From positions 74,482 to 138,481 of IMG/VR virus record IMGVR_UViG_3300036715_003254: a stretch of 64,000 nucleotides of DNA. One strand, given 5' to 3'. This DNA comes from a virus. Positions 9,485 to 20,053 of the stretch are shown here, one piece after another. Made by a program: the position numbers and the translations under genes. The notes beneath the pieces are model-generated. The model saw nothing but the letters and a program-made list of their open reading frames with translations. It was not told the DNA's origin and ran no database searches. The stretch's first letter is position 1. The number at the start of each line of letters is the position of its first letter.

Positions 9485-10960
9485 ATGGCTACTATGCTTT
9501 CTCCTGGTGTTTATACACACGAAATTGATATGAGCATAATTGTACCGTCAGTATCTTCTGCTACTGGTGCATTTGCTGGGTTATTTAAAAGAGGTCAAGT
9601 TGGTGTATACAAACTTGTTTCTTCTGTTGACGATTTGATATCTAATTACGGTGAACCTACAGATTCAAATTATAATGACTGGTTCCAATGCTATTCGTTC
9701 CTTCTTTACGGAAGCTCTCTTCTTGTTTCTAGAGCAATCGATAGTAATGGATCACTAGTTTCAACCACTTCAACAGTAACAGATGCTGCTGCTTCTGGTT
9801 CAAAAACTGTTTCAATAGACCATATTACTAATTTTTCTGAAGGTGATAAAATTGTTTTTAACGGCGATAGAACTCACATCTATACAATAGACAAAGTAAA
9901 TTCTTCAAGTGTTGATCTTGTAGAAACTCTTGCTACTGCTGTTGATAAGAATTCTCTTGTAGAAAAATTTGTTAAAGCTACAAACGCAGCTGTTGAAGCC
10001 AAAAAAGTAGGTGGCACTGCTCCGTATGCGCTAGCTCTTAAAAAACTTGGAATATTTGTTCCAAATTCTCAATACTTTGAAGATTTTAACGCTAGTTTTG
10101 GTGTTACCGATGCTAATAATGTTGCTCTTCAATTTATAGCGAAAGATCCAGGCGAATTTGGTAACAATATCACTATCTCTATCGGTAATACAGCTGATTT
10201 CACTAATGGTTCTACTTCTCAAGCTCTTCCTGGAGTTCTTTTCAGTCAACTATTTGACAGATATCCTACAACTACTGAAATAGCTATCGTTATTTCTGTT
10301 GGTGGCGTTATGGTAGAGAAATTTATTGTTTCTCTTGTTCCAGGAACAAAAGACTATACAAATAGATCTACTTACATCGAAGATGTACTAAACAGACAGT
10401 CTAACTATGTGTATGTGGTTCACAACAAATTAACAACTACTGTTGCTTCTGCGCTAGCTAACGATTCTACAACTCTTAAACTTGCTTATGGTAATTCTGG
10501 TCTTCCAAATACTGATGACATAGAAGTAGCATATGATGTATTCTCTAATAAAGAAGAAGTTGATGTAGATATAGTTATAGCTAATGAACAAGCGCATCTT
10601 GCGGCGGCTACTCTTGCTATGAATAGAGCTGACTGTATATGCTATGTAGGCGCAAAATATGAGAATGTAATCGGTCTTAAATCTTCAGACATTGTTGCTA
10701 AACAAATAGCATATATAAACGATTCAAATTCGCCAATGAACCTAAACACTTCATTTGTTGCGTTCTATGATAATTACACACAATTCTATGATAAATGGAA
10801 TGATAAGTTAAGATGGTGTAATGTTGCTGGTCTTATTGCTGGCGCAAGAGCTAAAACTTCTTATAACTTATCAGAGTCTGAGGCTTCTGCAGGTCTTATT
10901 AATGGCGTGCTAAAAGGTATAACAAAGCTTTACTACAGTCCAAACTCGGGGCAAAGAGAT
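9485..10960 (+). CDS. gp18: Tail sheath protein (T4 gp18-like), exon 1
   Basis: MLSPGVYTHEIDMS N-terminus; 492 codons ending ...GQRD. Confidence 0.93.
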
Positions 10961-11080
10961 TGGTGTGCCCGTTTAAAAAGAATAATAAATAACTGAAAGG
11001 TTATATAAAACACACAGACCTAAAACTTCGGAACTTTTAGGTCTATTTCATAACCTTTAATTAAAATTAAAGGCACTTCA

Positions 11081-12241
11081 ATGAAACAACTTCAACAAGA
11101 CATCCAAAACTATCTAAACAAATTCGGAAACGATGCTCTTACCTCAAACGCTCTCGTTATAAAAAGAAGAAAAGACGACATTATAAATTTCACTAGTTTT
11201 CTTCCGGAAGATACAAAAATGATGGAAAGAGTTTATATCATTTTCCACGAAATTAAATTAGAAGACCTAGCATGTAAAATATGTGGAAAGAAAAGAAAAT
11301 TTCGTTCATTCGTGAAAGGCTTTAACAAAACTTGTGGAAATGGTTCTTGTAACTCAGCTTATGGTTCATTATACTCTACAGATCAAACTAAAAGAGTAGC
11401 AAAAATGAATGAAACAAAAAGTCTTCATACAGAAGAACGAAGAAAAGAAATAAGACAAAAATGTGATCAAACAAAAAGAGAAAGATACGGTGAAGATTAT
11501 CGTAGATTAGAAGGATTAAAGGGTTATAAAAATGCTTTAGAAAGAGGAACTTTCTATTCTCCATTCCAAGAATGGTCTAATACAAATAATAAAGAAAAAA
11601 TCAAAGAAACACATTTAAAAGCTGCAAAAACACTTAAAAGTAAAATTGATGAAAATGGATTAGATCATTATGATAGAATTCATCAGAGGAAACTAAATGA
11701 TATAGATAAAAATGGATTAGATCATTACAACAGAATTCATCAGAGGAAACTGAATGATATAGATGAAAATGGACTAAATTACTATCAAAGACTACATATA
11801 AAAAGATTGAACGATATAGACGAAAACGGACTAAATTACTATCAAAGACTACATATAAAAAGATTGAACGATATAGACGAAAACGGATTAAATTTCTACC
11901 AAAGACAAACTGAAGCACAATATAATTCTGGAAGATTTACTAGACCAGAAGATAAAGACGATTTTCAACATTACAGATACAAAGTTTATAAATGTATGAA
12001 AAAATTCGATGAGCAGATAAAGAAGCTTCCGGATTATGATTTAAGAGGACATGCAAATAAAGCAGGTTCATACCATCTAGACCATAAATTTTCAATACAC
12101 GAAGGCTTTAAAAACTGTGTTCCGCCATACATCATAGGTAATATAGCTAATCTTGAAATGATTTCTGCTAGAAACAATCTATCTAAAAATAGAGCTTGTT
12201 CGATTGATCTTGATACTTTAATAAACAACCTAGTCTGGTAA
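11081..12241 (+). CDS. Intron-encoded putative homing endonuclease (Zn finger, 19-aa repeats, C-terminal HNH)
   Basis: CKICG..C..SC; YHLDH...NLEMISARNNLSK HNH-like motif; late promoter AATAAATA at 10984. Confidence 0.75.
   Translation: MKQLQQDIQNYLNKFGNDALTSNALVIKRRKDDIINFTSFLPEDTKMMERVYIIFHEIKLEDLACKICGKKRKFRSFVKGFNKTCGNGSCNSAYGSLYSTDQTKRVAKMNETKSLHTEERRKEIRQKCDQTKRERYGEDYRRLEGLKGYKNALERGTFYSPFQEWSNTNNKEKIKETHLKAAKTLKSKIDENGLDHYDRIHQRKLNDIDKNGLDHYNRIHQRKLNDIDENGLNYYQRLHIKRLNDIDENGLNYYQRLHIKRLNDIDENGLNFYQRQTEAQYNSGRFTRPEDKDDFQHYRYKVYKCMKKFDEQIKKLPDYDLRGHANKAGSYHLDHKFSIHEGFKNCVPPYIIGNIANLEMISARNNLSKNRACSIDLDTLINNLVW
11641..11905 (+). repeat. 57-nt (19-aa) tandem repeat x~5 within the intron ORF
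   Basis: IDENGL(D/N)(H/Y/F)Y(D/N/Q)R(I/L)H..(K/R)LND repeated. Confidence 0.95.
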
Positions 12242-12727
12242 AAACAGACTAGGCTTCCTAAATAGTTACATCTAATGAAACTGAAAACTAAAAGCAAATA
12301 TATTCTCTTAAACCTATATCACAAAAACAACCAAAATAAATAATCTGTGTGTTTTTATATTAAACACTTACTGTTCCGAAGGCAGTAATGTTCTTATTCT
12401 TTTTATTGTTATAAAAAGGTCTCGCCATATAGTGATATATGGAAAAATTAATCTATCTAATTGCTGGAAAATCCTTAGAGTCTATTCAACTACAAAGTAA
12501 GATGAAAATCTAAGCTTGAATGTTTAAAAATGAATAGAATTGGACAATCAGCAGCCAAGCTACTTTAAAATGTAGAAGGTTCAACGACTAGAACGAAAGT
12601 TCGTACACTCGAGTGAGTGGAAATGGTAGACATCTAGAAATAGATGAAGATATAGTCTAATCTTATAGGAAACTATAAGCAGCAGTAAATGCGGTATTTG
12701 TGTAACGAACAAATGCGAATATAAAAG

Positions 12728-13144
12728 CTTTTATACAAAAGTAGGGTAAACCCTGTAGTAAATTTTGTCGGACAAGGTAAAGTTATCTGGGGACAAAAAA
12801 CTCTTAATGGTTATGCTAGTGCGTTTGACAGAGTTAATGTTAGATGCCTATTCAATAAACTTGAAAGAGTTATCTCTAAAATGGCTAATGCGTTCTGTTT
12901 CGCAAAAAACAACGAATTTACAAGAGAAAGATTCAAATCAACTATTACTCCGGTTCTTGCTCAAGATCCTGGTGTAGATCAGTTCTATATCGACTTAAGT
13001 AAGAATACTCCTGAAGTAATAGCTAGAGGCGAATTTATTGTTAATATACTTATAAAACCAGTATATACAATGGAATTCATATCTCTTGGGTTTACAGCGG
13101 TAGGAAATTCGCTCAAGTTCGAACAGGTGGTACAATCCATCTAA
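12728..13144 (+). CDS. gp18: Tail sheath protein, exon 2
   Basis: LLYKSRVNPVV...WGQKTL...FDRVNVRCLF...NTPEVIARGEF..IKP; continues QRD|LLY as in T4 gp18; spliced product 630 aa. Confidence 0.93.
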   Translation, partial: LLYKSRVNPVVNFVGQGKVIWGQKTLNGYASAFDRVNVRCLFNKLERVISKMANAFCFAKNNEFTRERFKSTITPVLAQDPGVDQFYIDLSKNTPEVIARGEFIVNILIKPVYTMEFISLGFTAVGNSLKFEQVVQSI

Positions 13145-13164
13145 CTATAAAAGCTATAAGTCAA

Positions 13165-14253
13165 TTAAGACTTATAGCTTTTTCTTCCTTTTACCCAACC
13201 TTTAGTTACTTCTTCTGGTAATAATGTTTTACATATTTTAAGCTTATCATTATGATACCAACTTTTTCCTAGATTGGTTTTCATTTTTTCGGGATCCATA
13301 TTCACAATCCTGCCTCTTCTAAACCCTTTATTCAAAAATTCTTCTATTCTGTCTTTCTCTACCTGAAAACTATCTACACCATTTGTCATCCAAACAGTAC
13401 CTAAATTATTTTGTGTCTTCCCTTTAACCCAGCCATCATTTAAATACTCTTCTAACTCTTCTTGCTTAATGGATATACTTTCTCTACCCTTCTTTATCCA
13501 AATACGCCCAAAAGCACCACTATTTTCTCCTCTTCTTTTCTCAGCATATTTTTCTCTTTCTTCAGGAGTTAAACTTTGATAATATTTCTTTACTGCAGCT
13601 GCTCTCTTTTCTATGGTTTCTTTAGAAGGTTTATAACCTTTCAAACTTTCTGAAGTTTTTCTACCTTTTCTCTGATAACCAGTTAAACCGTCTTCGCCTA
13701 CTTCAGACAGCTTTTCTTTTGTTTTTTGGATTATGAGTTCTTGAACAGACATTCCATTTTCTAAAATAGTTTCCTTCCTAGTTTTATAACCACGTCTACC
13801 ACTATCCTGAGCATTAGTCAATCCATTCTCTAGAACTGTTTCCTTTCTAGTTTTCGCCGCCTTTAAAGCCGCCTTTTTATATTCACTCAAACCATTTTCA
13901 TCAACAGTTTTAAATTTTTCGAAAATCTCTCTGTTAACTTTCTCAAAAAGTCTCGAATTAGTAATCTCTCCCCATCCTCTTTTTTCTGATGTGTGTTTTA
14001 GCTGCCAAAGAGCATAAACCATTTTTCCACCAAAAATTCTAGCTAGCATTATATGAGCTATAAAATGAGCTCTGTAAGATAGATTAACACCATTCCAAGG
14101 ATATAAATTAAGATTTTCATATTCAGGAAATAACGCTCTTAGTAGTATATGATGTTTATGAGTATGAGTTTTACTTAATGTATTAAACTTCTTACAAAAG
14201 TTTATATACCTTTTCGAAAGGTTAGTGTTTGGTAGGAAGCTTTCTATGTTCAT
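13165..14253 (-). CDS. Free-standing HNH homing endonuclease
   Basis: HKHHIL...NLSYRAHFIAH HNH domain, ENGL repeats, W(M/I)xNG...GWxKG C-terminal repeats. Confidence 0.8.
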   Translation of the reverse strand: MNIESFLPNTNLSKRYINFCKKFNTLSKTHTHKHHILLRALFPEYENLNLYPWNGVNLSYRAHFIAHIMLARIFGGKMVYALWQLKHTSEKRGWGEITNSRLFEKVNREIFEKFKTVDENGLSEYKKAALKAAKTRKETVLENGLTNAQDSGRRGYKTRKETILENGMSVQELIIQKTKEKLSEVGEDGLTGYQRKGRKTSESLKGYKPSKETIEKRAAAVKKYYQSLTPEEREKYAEKRRGENSGAFGRIWIKKGRESISIKQEELEEYLNDGWVKGKTQNNLGTVWMTNGVDSFQVEKDRIEEFLNKGFRRGRIVNMDPEKMKTNLGKSWYHNDKLKICKTLLPEEVTKGWVKGRKSYKS

Positions 14254-14339
14254 TATAATTCTCCATAAATTTTTTATAGATTATTTATTAGAGAACCAAC
14301 AGCAACAAACCTTTACTCTATGAATCTTATTCCTTAAAA

Positions 14340-14966
14340 TTACTCTACAAAACTAACTATCCTAAAGATTTCAATAATTTGAAATACCCAACGATTCATA
14401 TTAGATTCAGTTTGAAATTTTCCTTCTATCTGAAAGCTTCCTTCAAAGTCGCCTTTCGTAATTTTAAAAAATTTCATTCCTTCAAAAAAGAAATAATCTA
14501 TCTTTATTCCTTTCTCTTCTAAAAATTTCTCTTCTAAAAGAGAATATATTTCTACTCCACCGTAAATACTATCATCCGCATTATAATGAAATTTAAATAC
14601 AATTTTAAAAAGGTCTTCTTCCTCACCTCTAGATACAACAAAAGAATGTTTTTCTTCTTCCAAACACTTATTACTATTGCCTTCTTTCAAAGAGTAAAAC
14701 ATTTCAAGAACAACTTTTCTTAGTCCATTTATACTATTAGTAAAATCTGTAAGAGGCAAATCTTGTATTTTAGTATGGATAAAATCATATTCATCAGAAC
14801 CGCTAGAAGAAATGAATTTAAAGTCTTCTGTTTCTAAGTCTTTATGAATTGCGACTTGAAATAGAATATCAAAGCAGTTATAATCAGGAGATTCTATTTC
14901 CTCTATAGGAAAATAAGCGTAGTCGAAAAGAATTGACTCCTTTTCGTTTGAATGAAATTTAAACAA
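14340..14966 (-). CDS. Hypothetical protein
   Basis: 208-aa ORF with AAGGA RBS. Confidence 0.6.
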   Translation of the reverse strand: MFKFHSNEKESILFDYAYFPIEEIESPDYNCFDILFQVAIHKDLETEDFKFISSSGSDEYDFIHTKIQDLPLTDFTNSINGLRKVVLEMFYSLKEGNSNKCLEEEKHSFVVSRGEEEDLFKIVFKFHYNADDSIYGGVEIYSLLEEKFLEEKGIKIDYFFFEGMKFFKITKGDFEGSFQIEGKFQTESNMNRWVFQIIEIFRIVSFVE

Positions 14967-14982
14967 TATAATCCTTTAAATT

Positions 14983-16131
14983 TTAAAATGTCACAGTTCT
15001 GTAATATGAAAAAATCGAATCATTTAATCCTGAACCAGTATCTTGAGGATTTCTACATATAGATTTTCTATTTAAATAGAAAAGAGTTTCTTTTCCTGTT
15101 TCATAATCAGTAGCAAAGTAAAGCTTATCTTTATAATTTCCTAGTATAAGTGTTGAATCACCAAATTTCTCGCTATTATAGAAAATCATATAATAGTCTT
15201 CATCAGCAAAATTGTCAACATAGCAGTCATAACCAGAAAGAGTACCAATATATTTTTCATCTCTTCCTGTTCCGCTTTTATCTGATGTAATAGATGATTG
15301 AATTGATGATAATAGGTATCCAGCTACTTTAGGAGACATTATAATCTCAAAAGAAAGACCTCTATTAATTATAGAGTTAAGAGACATAATATCCAAATTA
15401 AGATTACTAAAAAGTGCGCTAGGTATATCTTGGTTAGGTGGAAGGTCATTAGAATCTAAAGCTAGTGTTGGTAAAATTGTAGAAATATCTTTTAGTGTAA
15501 AAATTATCTCTCTATCAATTTCATCTATAACTACTTGAGAAAGGTTTTGAGCTATTTTATCTTCAAAATCAGTAGGATAAAGAAATTTTATATCTTCTAG
15601 AACTTCTCTTGTAATTTGAGTTTTGATTTTTTTACTTATAGCTGTAGTTTTAATTCTTTTTACACTTAGGTCTATTGAGTTAGGAATAGTAATTTCATTA
15701 GACTCAAAAAATCTAGAAAAGGCAAAAATAATAGATGATATATTTTTAGTAATTCTTTTTATTTTAGCCGATGAATTGTCAGAAGTTTTAATATCTTGAC
15801 CTACAGACATTGAACCGTCATAAATGTCAATAAGTATATTAAGTTTTTCAAAATATCTTACTATACCTTTTCCTGTAGAAGTAGTAAGAGTATCTCCTAC
15901 TGAAATATTCAAAGATTTATCAATCATAATAAATGAAAAATTTTGAGAGTTATTTGTTCCTTCTGGATGATGAGATGTATAGAAAGAATAGACAAAGTCT
16001 GTTGGAGTTTTCATTCTCTGAACAGAACATACATTACTTGCTAAACTATTTGAATAAATTCTTTCAAATATCTTTTTCTCTAGTGACGCAAACTCGACTA
16101 AATCTGTTGAGAGTGTACTTTCATTTATCAT
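14983..16131 (-). CDS. Major-capsid-fold paralog (gp23/gp24-like)
   Basis: SVQRMKTPT, SKKIKTQITREVLEDI, EIDREII, YIGTLSG motifs. Confidence 0.75.
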   Translation of the reverse strand: MINESTLSTDLVEFASLEKKIFERIYSNSLASNVCSVQRMKTPTDFVYSFYTSHHPEGTNNSQNFSFIMIDKSLNISVGDTLTTSTGKGIVRYFEKLNILIDIYDGSMSVGQDIKTSDNSSAKIKRITKNISSIIFAFSRFFESNEITIPNSIDLSVKRIKTTAISKKIKTQITREVLEDIKFLYPTDFEDKIAQNLSQVVIDEIDREIIFTLKDISTILPTLALDSNDLPPNQDIPSALFSNLNLDIMSLNSIINRGLSFEIIMSPKVAGYLLSSIQSSITSDKSGTGRDEKYIGTLSGYDCYVDNFADEDYYMIFYNSEKFGDSTLILGNYKDKLYFATDYETGKETLFYLNRKSICRNPQDTGSGLNDSIFSYYRTVTF

Positions 16132-16132
16132 A

Positions 16133-17407
16133 TCATATTACCTGCTTAACTTGTGAGTAATCTACTGTAAATCTACAAAAGAAGTCAGAATCATTTAGAC
16201 CTGTTCCTTCGTCAAAAGGATTTCTTCCGAAAGCATATCTATAAAATACAACAAGGTTTTCTTCGCCTGTTTCAGGATTAGTTGCTGTAGTAATAGTAAG
16301 ATTATAAGGGGAGAAAATCAAACCTGAATCAGTTTTAAATTTACCAGCATTAAATCCAACAATAACTTCTTCATCATCTTGATAGTTACTTTTTATAATA
16401 TCGATATATCCGAGAGCTTTACCTATATAATCTGTGTCTGTAACTACATTTTCTTGTTCAGTTTTACCACCTTTTGATAGGTCAAGAGCACCAGAAGCTG
16501 AAAGAGCAGCAACAGTTCTATGTGAAGCAATAGCGAAGCCAACAATATTTCTTCCTGTTCTTTTAGAAATATCAGCAAGCTCTTTTACTATTTTGGTGTA
16601 TATAATCGTGTAAGCGTAAATCAAATCTGTAGAACCATCTCTATCACTTACAACAAGATCTCCGCCTTCTCTTGCTATTGCTCTAAGATAATCAAACAAC
16701 TCTTGCTCAACTTCGTTGTTTATTTCTTCTGCTAGAGTTTTAGCTATAATCTCTACAGCATTTTCCATTCCAAATTGAGCTTGAATATCTTTTATAACTT
16801 CTCTAGTTAAAACGGATTTAATCTTTCTAGTTTGAGTAGTAAGAGTAAGAGCTCTAATAGAATGATTAATTTCTCTAGGAACAAGTTTTTCACCATCAGA
16901 AGTAAGGAATGGACCAGAATAAGTATTGAATACCTTTTTAATAGCTATTCTTGAAGAGAAAACATCTTTTACTGTTTCTTTGTTATTTCCGTCAGTAATA
17001 CTATCTCCAACAGCAAATGTTTCTCCTGGAACATCAAACTCAAGAAGAACTTTATTCAACTCAACAAATCTTACTGTTGCTATTTCAGGATTATTACCAT
17101 CTTTTTTTATTCTAGCTCCAACAGTCCAAGGACAAGTAGAGGTCAATTTGATGACTTTAGTGTTATTCTCTTTAGCAGTTTTAGAATTTCCTGCGTAGTT
17201 CGCCGTTTGAACATAAACTTTGCCTATTGGGCCATCAAGAGGAACTATTGATGAAATTTTGTCAAGTATAGAATTGTTATAGGTATATTGAATTACCTTA
17301 TCAAGTAGTTGTTCTTGAAAGGAAATATCTCCAACTGATGATTCGCTCAGCTGTATAGCCTTCTTTGAATTCTCTAAGACCTTACTGGCTGTTATTTCAT
17401 TATTCAT
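16133..17407 (-). CDS. Major-capsid-fold paralog (gp23/gp24-like)
   Basis: VPLDGPIG, TRKIKSVLTREVIKDIQAQFG, LAEEINNEVEQE, GLIFSPY, RYAFGRNPF. Confidence 0.8.
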   Translation of the reverse strand: MNNEITASKVLENSKKAIQLSESSVGDISFQEQLLDKVIQYTYNNSILDKISSIVPLDGPIGKVYVQTANYAGNSKTAKENNTKVIKLTSTCPWTVGARIKKDGNNPEIATVRFVELNKVLLEFDVPGETFAVGDSITDGNNKETVKDVFSSRIAIKKVFNTYSGPFLTSDGEKLVPREINHSIRALTLTTQTRKIKSVLTREVIKDIQAQFGMENAVEIIAKTLAEEINNEVEQELFDYLRAIAREGGDLVVSDRDGSTDLIYAYTIIYTKIVKELADISKRTGRNIVGFAIASHRTVAALSASGALDLSKGGKTEQENVVTDTDYIGKALGYIDIIKSNYQDDEEVIVGFNAGKFKTDSGLIFSPYNLTITTATNPETGEENLVVFYRYAFGRNPFDEGTGLNDSDFFCRFTVDYSQVKQVI

Positions 17408-17506
17408 TAAACAGAACCTCTTTTTTATTTTGTACAATTCAAATCTTTACTATTTATTTGTAAGATAATCATAAACAGATATAATTATCTATAGTCCAAA
17501 CTACTT

Positions 17507-20050
17507 TTAATTAGCTTCTATGACATCTCTATATTTTTTACCCAACTCGAGTCTCTTACTATTCTGTTTGAACCCTATTTGCTCCAAAAGAGTCCTTTCT
17601 TCTTCGGTTATTTCATTCAGAGTGTACCACTCCTTTAATTTCATACCGTTGAATTTAATGCAAAGATCGAGAAATTTCTTGTATTTATTCTCTTCGCTAC
17701 TCATAGAACTTTCAAGAAGAAGCTCAGTTCTCCTTTTCTTCAAGGTTTTCTTGTCATCTTTTAAAAATATAAAGAGGCGCTTTAGAGTAAAAATAAAATT
17801 TCTATCTCTTAAACTTTCCTTATATAGTTCTAAAGCATATTCCCTAGAAAAAGTTTTATATTTTGAAAACCTTATTCTAATCGACTCTAGTTCACTTAGA
17901 AGTTTTTCTTGTTCACTAAATGTTTTTTTACCTTCAAAAATTTCATCTATTTCTTTCAACCGATTAGTGATATATTCATCTTTAGAACTCTTCTTCAACC
18001 TTTTTACAAATTTCTTATCAGTTACTTCGGTTACTCTTTCAAACTGTTCAGAAAGAAGAAGCCTAAATGAAAAATAATGAGAGTTATCAAGAAGATTTGA
18101 AAACGCTCTAATCTTATTGACAAAATACTGCTCTTCTGAAGGAACAATATTTCCATACTCATCATACGATTCAAATTCTATGTTTTTAAAATCTTCTTCC
18201 ATAATCTTGTCAAGGATCTTGTGCTCAATCGGTAGATTCTTGAATTGCGATTTCTTCACATAGAGGAAAACCTTTTCTACATTCCTTACTCGCTTAATCA
18301 TTTGGAGGCTTGAAATAACATCGCAACTCGATGAACAATCATAATGATAGTGTCTCTTGTAATGGTTTAAAATATTAACGCCAACAGTAATTGTAGGCGA
18401 ATAAATTAAGACATCCCAAAGAATTTCTCTCTCTTTTTCTCCTATAATCTTAAGAATTTCTTTTTTGTGTTCAATCGAAAGGTCTCCAGAAACAAAAAGA
18501 ACTTTTTTACCTTTCAACTCTAACTGTTTCTTAAGCTCTATTGCAAAACTCTTTGATGTAGTCGAGACAGATATTTTGTCATTATCTTCTATTATAGTTT
18601 TGATAAGAGTTTGCTCGTCGGTATCAACAAACAAAGAACAATCTTGTTGGTCTTTCCTTTTATTTTCTATTTTCAAAATCGAATCATATTCGCTTAGAAA
18701 ATTATTTTCAAAACCTAGAAGAAAGGCGTCAGCTAATAAAATCGGCATCTTGTTAGTAAATATACTCATAAACTTTTTAATAGTCTGTCTCTGTTTTGTC
18801 GAAAGCGTTGATAGGTTCTGAAATAGAACAGAACAAAATTCATCTATAATGACTATGTCGAAGTTTCTAAGGTCGTATTTCCAAAGAGACTCAATTTGTA
18901 CAATAAGAGAATCTCCTATTACATAATCATCATCCAAATATGTTTTTATATTATAGCGCTCAGAGTAGTCTATTGTCGAATTTATTCTATTACTTAAGAA
19001 AAGTATTCTTCTATTTTTTCTTTTCAAGACCTCTTCTATAATATTTGACTTCCCAGAACCCATAAATGATTTAATTTTTAGAGCAACAGAATGTTTTTTT
19101 GAAAGGAACGCCTCTATAAATTCGATAGTCTTCTCGTCAACCGACAAGTACTGTTTATCTACTTTATGGATTGTTTCAAAGGCGAATTTAGAATATAACT
19201 TATCTCTTAATCTCTGTTCTTGTTGTTCTTTTAGAAACTTTTTCCCTGTAAGAGTGTTAGCAAATTCTTTAAAAATGTTTACTGATTTATTCTTATCGTG
19301 ATGATGCATTATAAATGGCGAATTTTCAAACCAAAAATAACCGTTCTTAGTTTTCTTTTCGCTATAATGCGAGAATTGAAAAGAGCCGTTATTGTTTTTA
19401 TAATCTCGAACTCTTCTAAATCCCATTTCGGTAAACTTTTGAAGCGCCCAGTCTTTTTCAATATCTGAAGACGAAGGAATAACAAAATCGATTTGTTTTT
19501 CTTCAAATACTTCTAATGTGAGTTTACCATTACCGTTTAAGTTGTCTAAAATTATTTTAGAATTTTTAGTAGGCGCTTGATATGATGAAGCGTTCAATAC
19601 GTGTTCATCTATACTACATATATTTTTTAGATGTTTATTGATTGTTTTAACATAAGATTTGATGATATCCCTTGAAAGAAAATCTTTTAAATAAAAAATT
19701 CCTTTCATATTAAAACAGTCAGTGTTGTTAAAGGAACGAGATGTAATTAGAAATACAGGAAAATCATTAAAGAGAAAATAATTTACAACCTTTTTAAATT
19801 GTGCTAATGTATCTACGTGGTCAATATCAAGAATAAAATAGTTTGATGTTTCCTTATATCTAAGAAATTCTTTTTTCCTCTCGCAAGTAATTATATCATC
19901 CGCTAGAGGATGATTCAAATAAAATGATGATGAAAGAAAGTCTGCTAGATTTTCCTTAGACACATTGTATGAAACGAATTGAAACTTATTATCTTTTGAA
20001 AATGGAACTTTCTTATTTGAATCAGTAATTAGTTGAGTAAATCTAAACAC
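17507..20050 (-). CDS. Origin-binding-protein (UL9-like) SF2 helicase
   Basis: KSFMGSGKS Walker A, IVQIESLWK, IIDEF, YSPTITVGVN, QMIKRVR. Confidence 0.8.
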   Translation of the reverse strand: MFRFTQLITDSNKKVPFSKDNKFQFVSYNVSKENLADFLSSSFYLNHPLADDIITCERKKEFLRYKETSNYFILDIDHVDTLAQFKKVVNYFLFNDFPVFLITSRSFNNTDCFNMKGIFYLKDFLSRDIIKSYVKTINKHLKNICSIDEHVLNASSYQAPTKNSKIILDNLNGNGKLTLEVFEEKQIDFVIPSSSDIEKDWALQKFTEMGFRRVRDYKNNNGSFQFSHYSEKKTKNGYFWFENSPFIMHHHDKNKSVNIFKEFANTLTGKKFLKEQQEQRLRDKLYSKFAFETIHKVDKQYLSVDEKTIEFIEAFLSKKHSVALKIKSFMGSGKSNIIEEVLKRKNRRILFLSNRINSTIDYSERYNIKTYLDDDYVIGDSLIVQIESLWKYDLRNFDIVIIDEFCSVLFQNLSTLSTKQRQTIKKFMSIFTNKMPILLADAFLLGFENNFLSEYDSILKIENKRKDQQDCSLFVDTDEQTLIKTIIEDNDKISVSTTSKSFAIELKKQLELKGKKVLFVSGDLSIEHKKEILKIIGEKEREILWDVLIYSPTITVGVNILNHYKRHYHYDCSSSCDVISSLQMIKRVRNVEKVFLYVKKSQFKNLPIEHKILDKIMEEDFKNIEFESYDEYGNIVPSEEQYFVNKIRAFSNLLDNSHYFSFRLLLSEQFERVTEVTDKKFVKRLKKSSKDEYITNRLKEIDEIFEGKKTFSEQEKLLSELESIRIRFSKYKTFSREYALELYKESLRDRNFIFTLKRLFIFLKDDKKTLKKRRTELLLESSMSSEENKYKKFLDLCIKFNGMKLKEWYTLNEITEEERTLLEQIGFKQNSKRLELGKKYRDVIEAN

Positions 20051-20053
20051 CTT

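Larger units (their letters stand above)
10961..12727 (+). mobile_element. Group I (IA-like) self-splicing intron carrying an HNH ORF in the P1 loop
   Basis: 5' exon ends in U and intron ends in G; P (AATTGCTGGAAA ~12459), Q (CAATCAGCAGC ~12545), R (TTCAACGACTA ~12580), S (AAGATATAGTC ~12647); IGS GTCTC 12419-12423; splicing restores the frame. Confidence 0.93.

Noticed and set aside
10963-10972. GTGTGCCC near the intron 5' end resembles a group II intron start
   Set aside because: No RT ORF or domain V found; group I P1/P10/P7 elements fully explain the junctions.
11641-11905. Tandem DNA repeats as a possible CRISPR array
   Set aside because: Contiguous in-frame 57-nt coding repeats with no unique spacers.
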